Origin: Fimbriimonadaceae bacterium
GTDB taxonomy: Bacteria > Armatimonadota > UBA10988
Reading direction: 5' to 3'
Assembly (NCBI GenBank): GCA_020850355.1
Contig: JADZEX010000026.1
Location: 8,110-72,109 of the forward strand
Length of the DNA: 64,000 nucleotides
Under the pieces are notes generated by a model. The model was given only the letters and a program-made list of their open reading frames with translations, was not told the DNA's origin and ran no database searches. Made by a program: the position numbers and the translations under genes. This document shows, in pieces, positions 63,957 through 64,000 of this stretch. How positions within the stretch are numbered: position 1 is the stretch's first letter; each line of letters starts with the position of its first letter.

Positions 63957-64000
63957 GCTGGGCTGCTGGCCGGGTGGCCCGGAGGCCGCCCGGCGGGCTA

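Noticed and set aside
1-64000. CRISPR arrays, IS elements, integrases, rRNA/tRNA genes
   Set aside because: No direct-repeat arrays, terminal inverted repeats with transposase ORFs, or RNA gene signatures were seen in any intergenic region. All gaps are under 240 nt.

Overview
The window is GC-rich (~70%). Its content looks like a Planctomycetota-type genome: Tat-signal sulfatase, heparinase II/III, FAD_oxidored proteins, many Gfo/Idh/MocA and xylose-isomerase-like TIM-barrel genes, pseudopilin-like secreted proteins. It is densely coding on both strands. The high GC creates many long Arg/Ala/Gly-rich antisense ORFs, which I treat as artefacts. I called genes by recognising motifs in the translations.

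Layout, 5' to 3':
- mutY 3' end.
- A minus-strand housekeeping operon: ffh-rpsP-KH-rimM-trmD-rplS-lepB, then a GH42-like hydrolase.
- A cell-wall elongation module: PBP2, a HEAT-repeat protein and RodA, joined by ATGA overlaps on both sides.
- An acyl-CoA ligase, a large outer-membrane-like protein, and a lipoprotein plus second LepB paralog operon.
- A sulfated-polysaccharide degradation cluster: GH-like protein, Tat-sulfatase, heparinase II/III and an aldo/keto reductase. It is followed by a GHMP sugar kinase plus NDP-sugar pyrophosphorylase salvage pair and a hybrid PAS/GAF histidine kinase.
- RqcH/NFACT with an FG-GAP propeller, and a TetR regulator.
- A three-gene operon with GTGA overlaps: RibD_C-like reductase, GT-C (ArnT-like) and GT2 (polyprenol-phosphate glycosyltransferase).
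- cysK, a partial Liv-type ABC transporter, a VapBC module and SprT.
- A large oxidative carbohydrate-processing supercluster: two FAD_oxidored proteins, an esterase, an MBL lactonase, a pterin dehydratase, a methyltransferase, two Gfo/Idh/MocA oxidoreductases, two beta-helix proteins, a GH13 enzyme, a Uma2 endonuclease and three TIM-barrel isomerases.

No rRNA, tRNA, CRISPR array, transposase or integrase could be supported. The most interesting candidates for undescribed biology are the PBP2-HEAT-RodA coupling, the reductase/GT-C/GT2 operon, and the sugar-salvage pair embedded in the sulfatase/heparinase locus.
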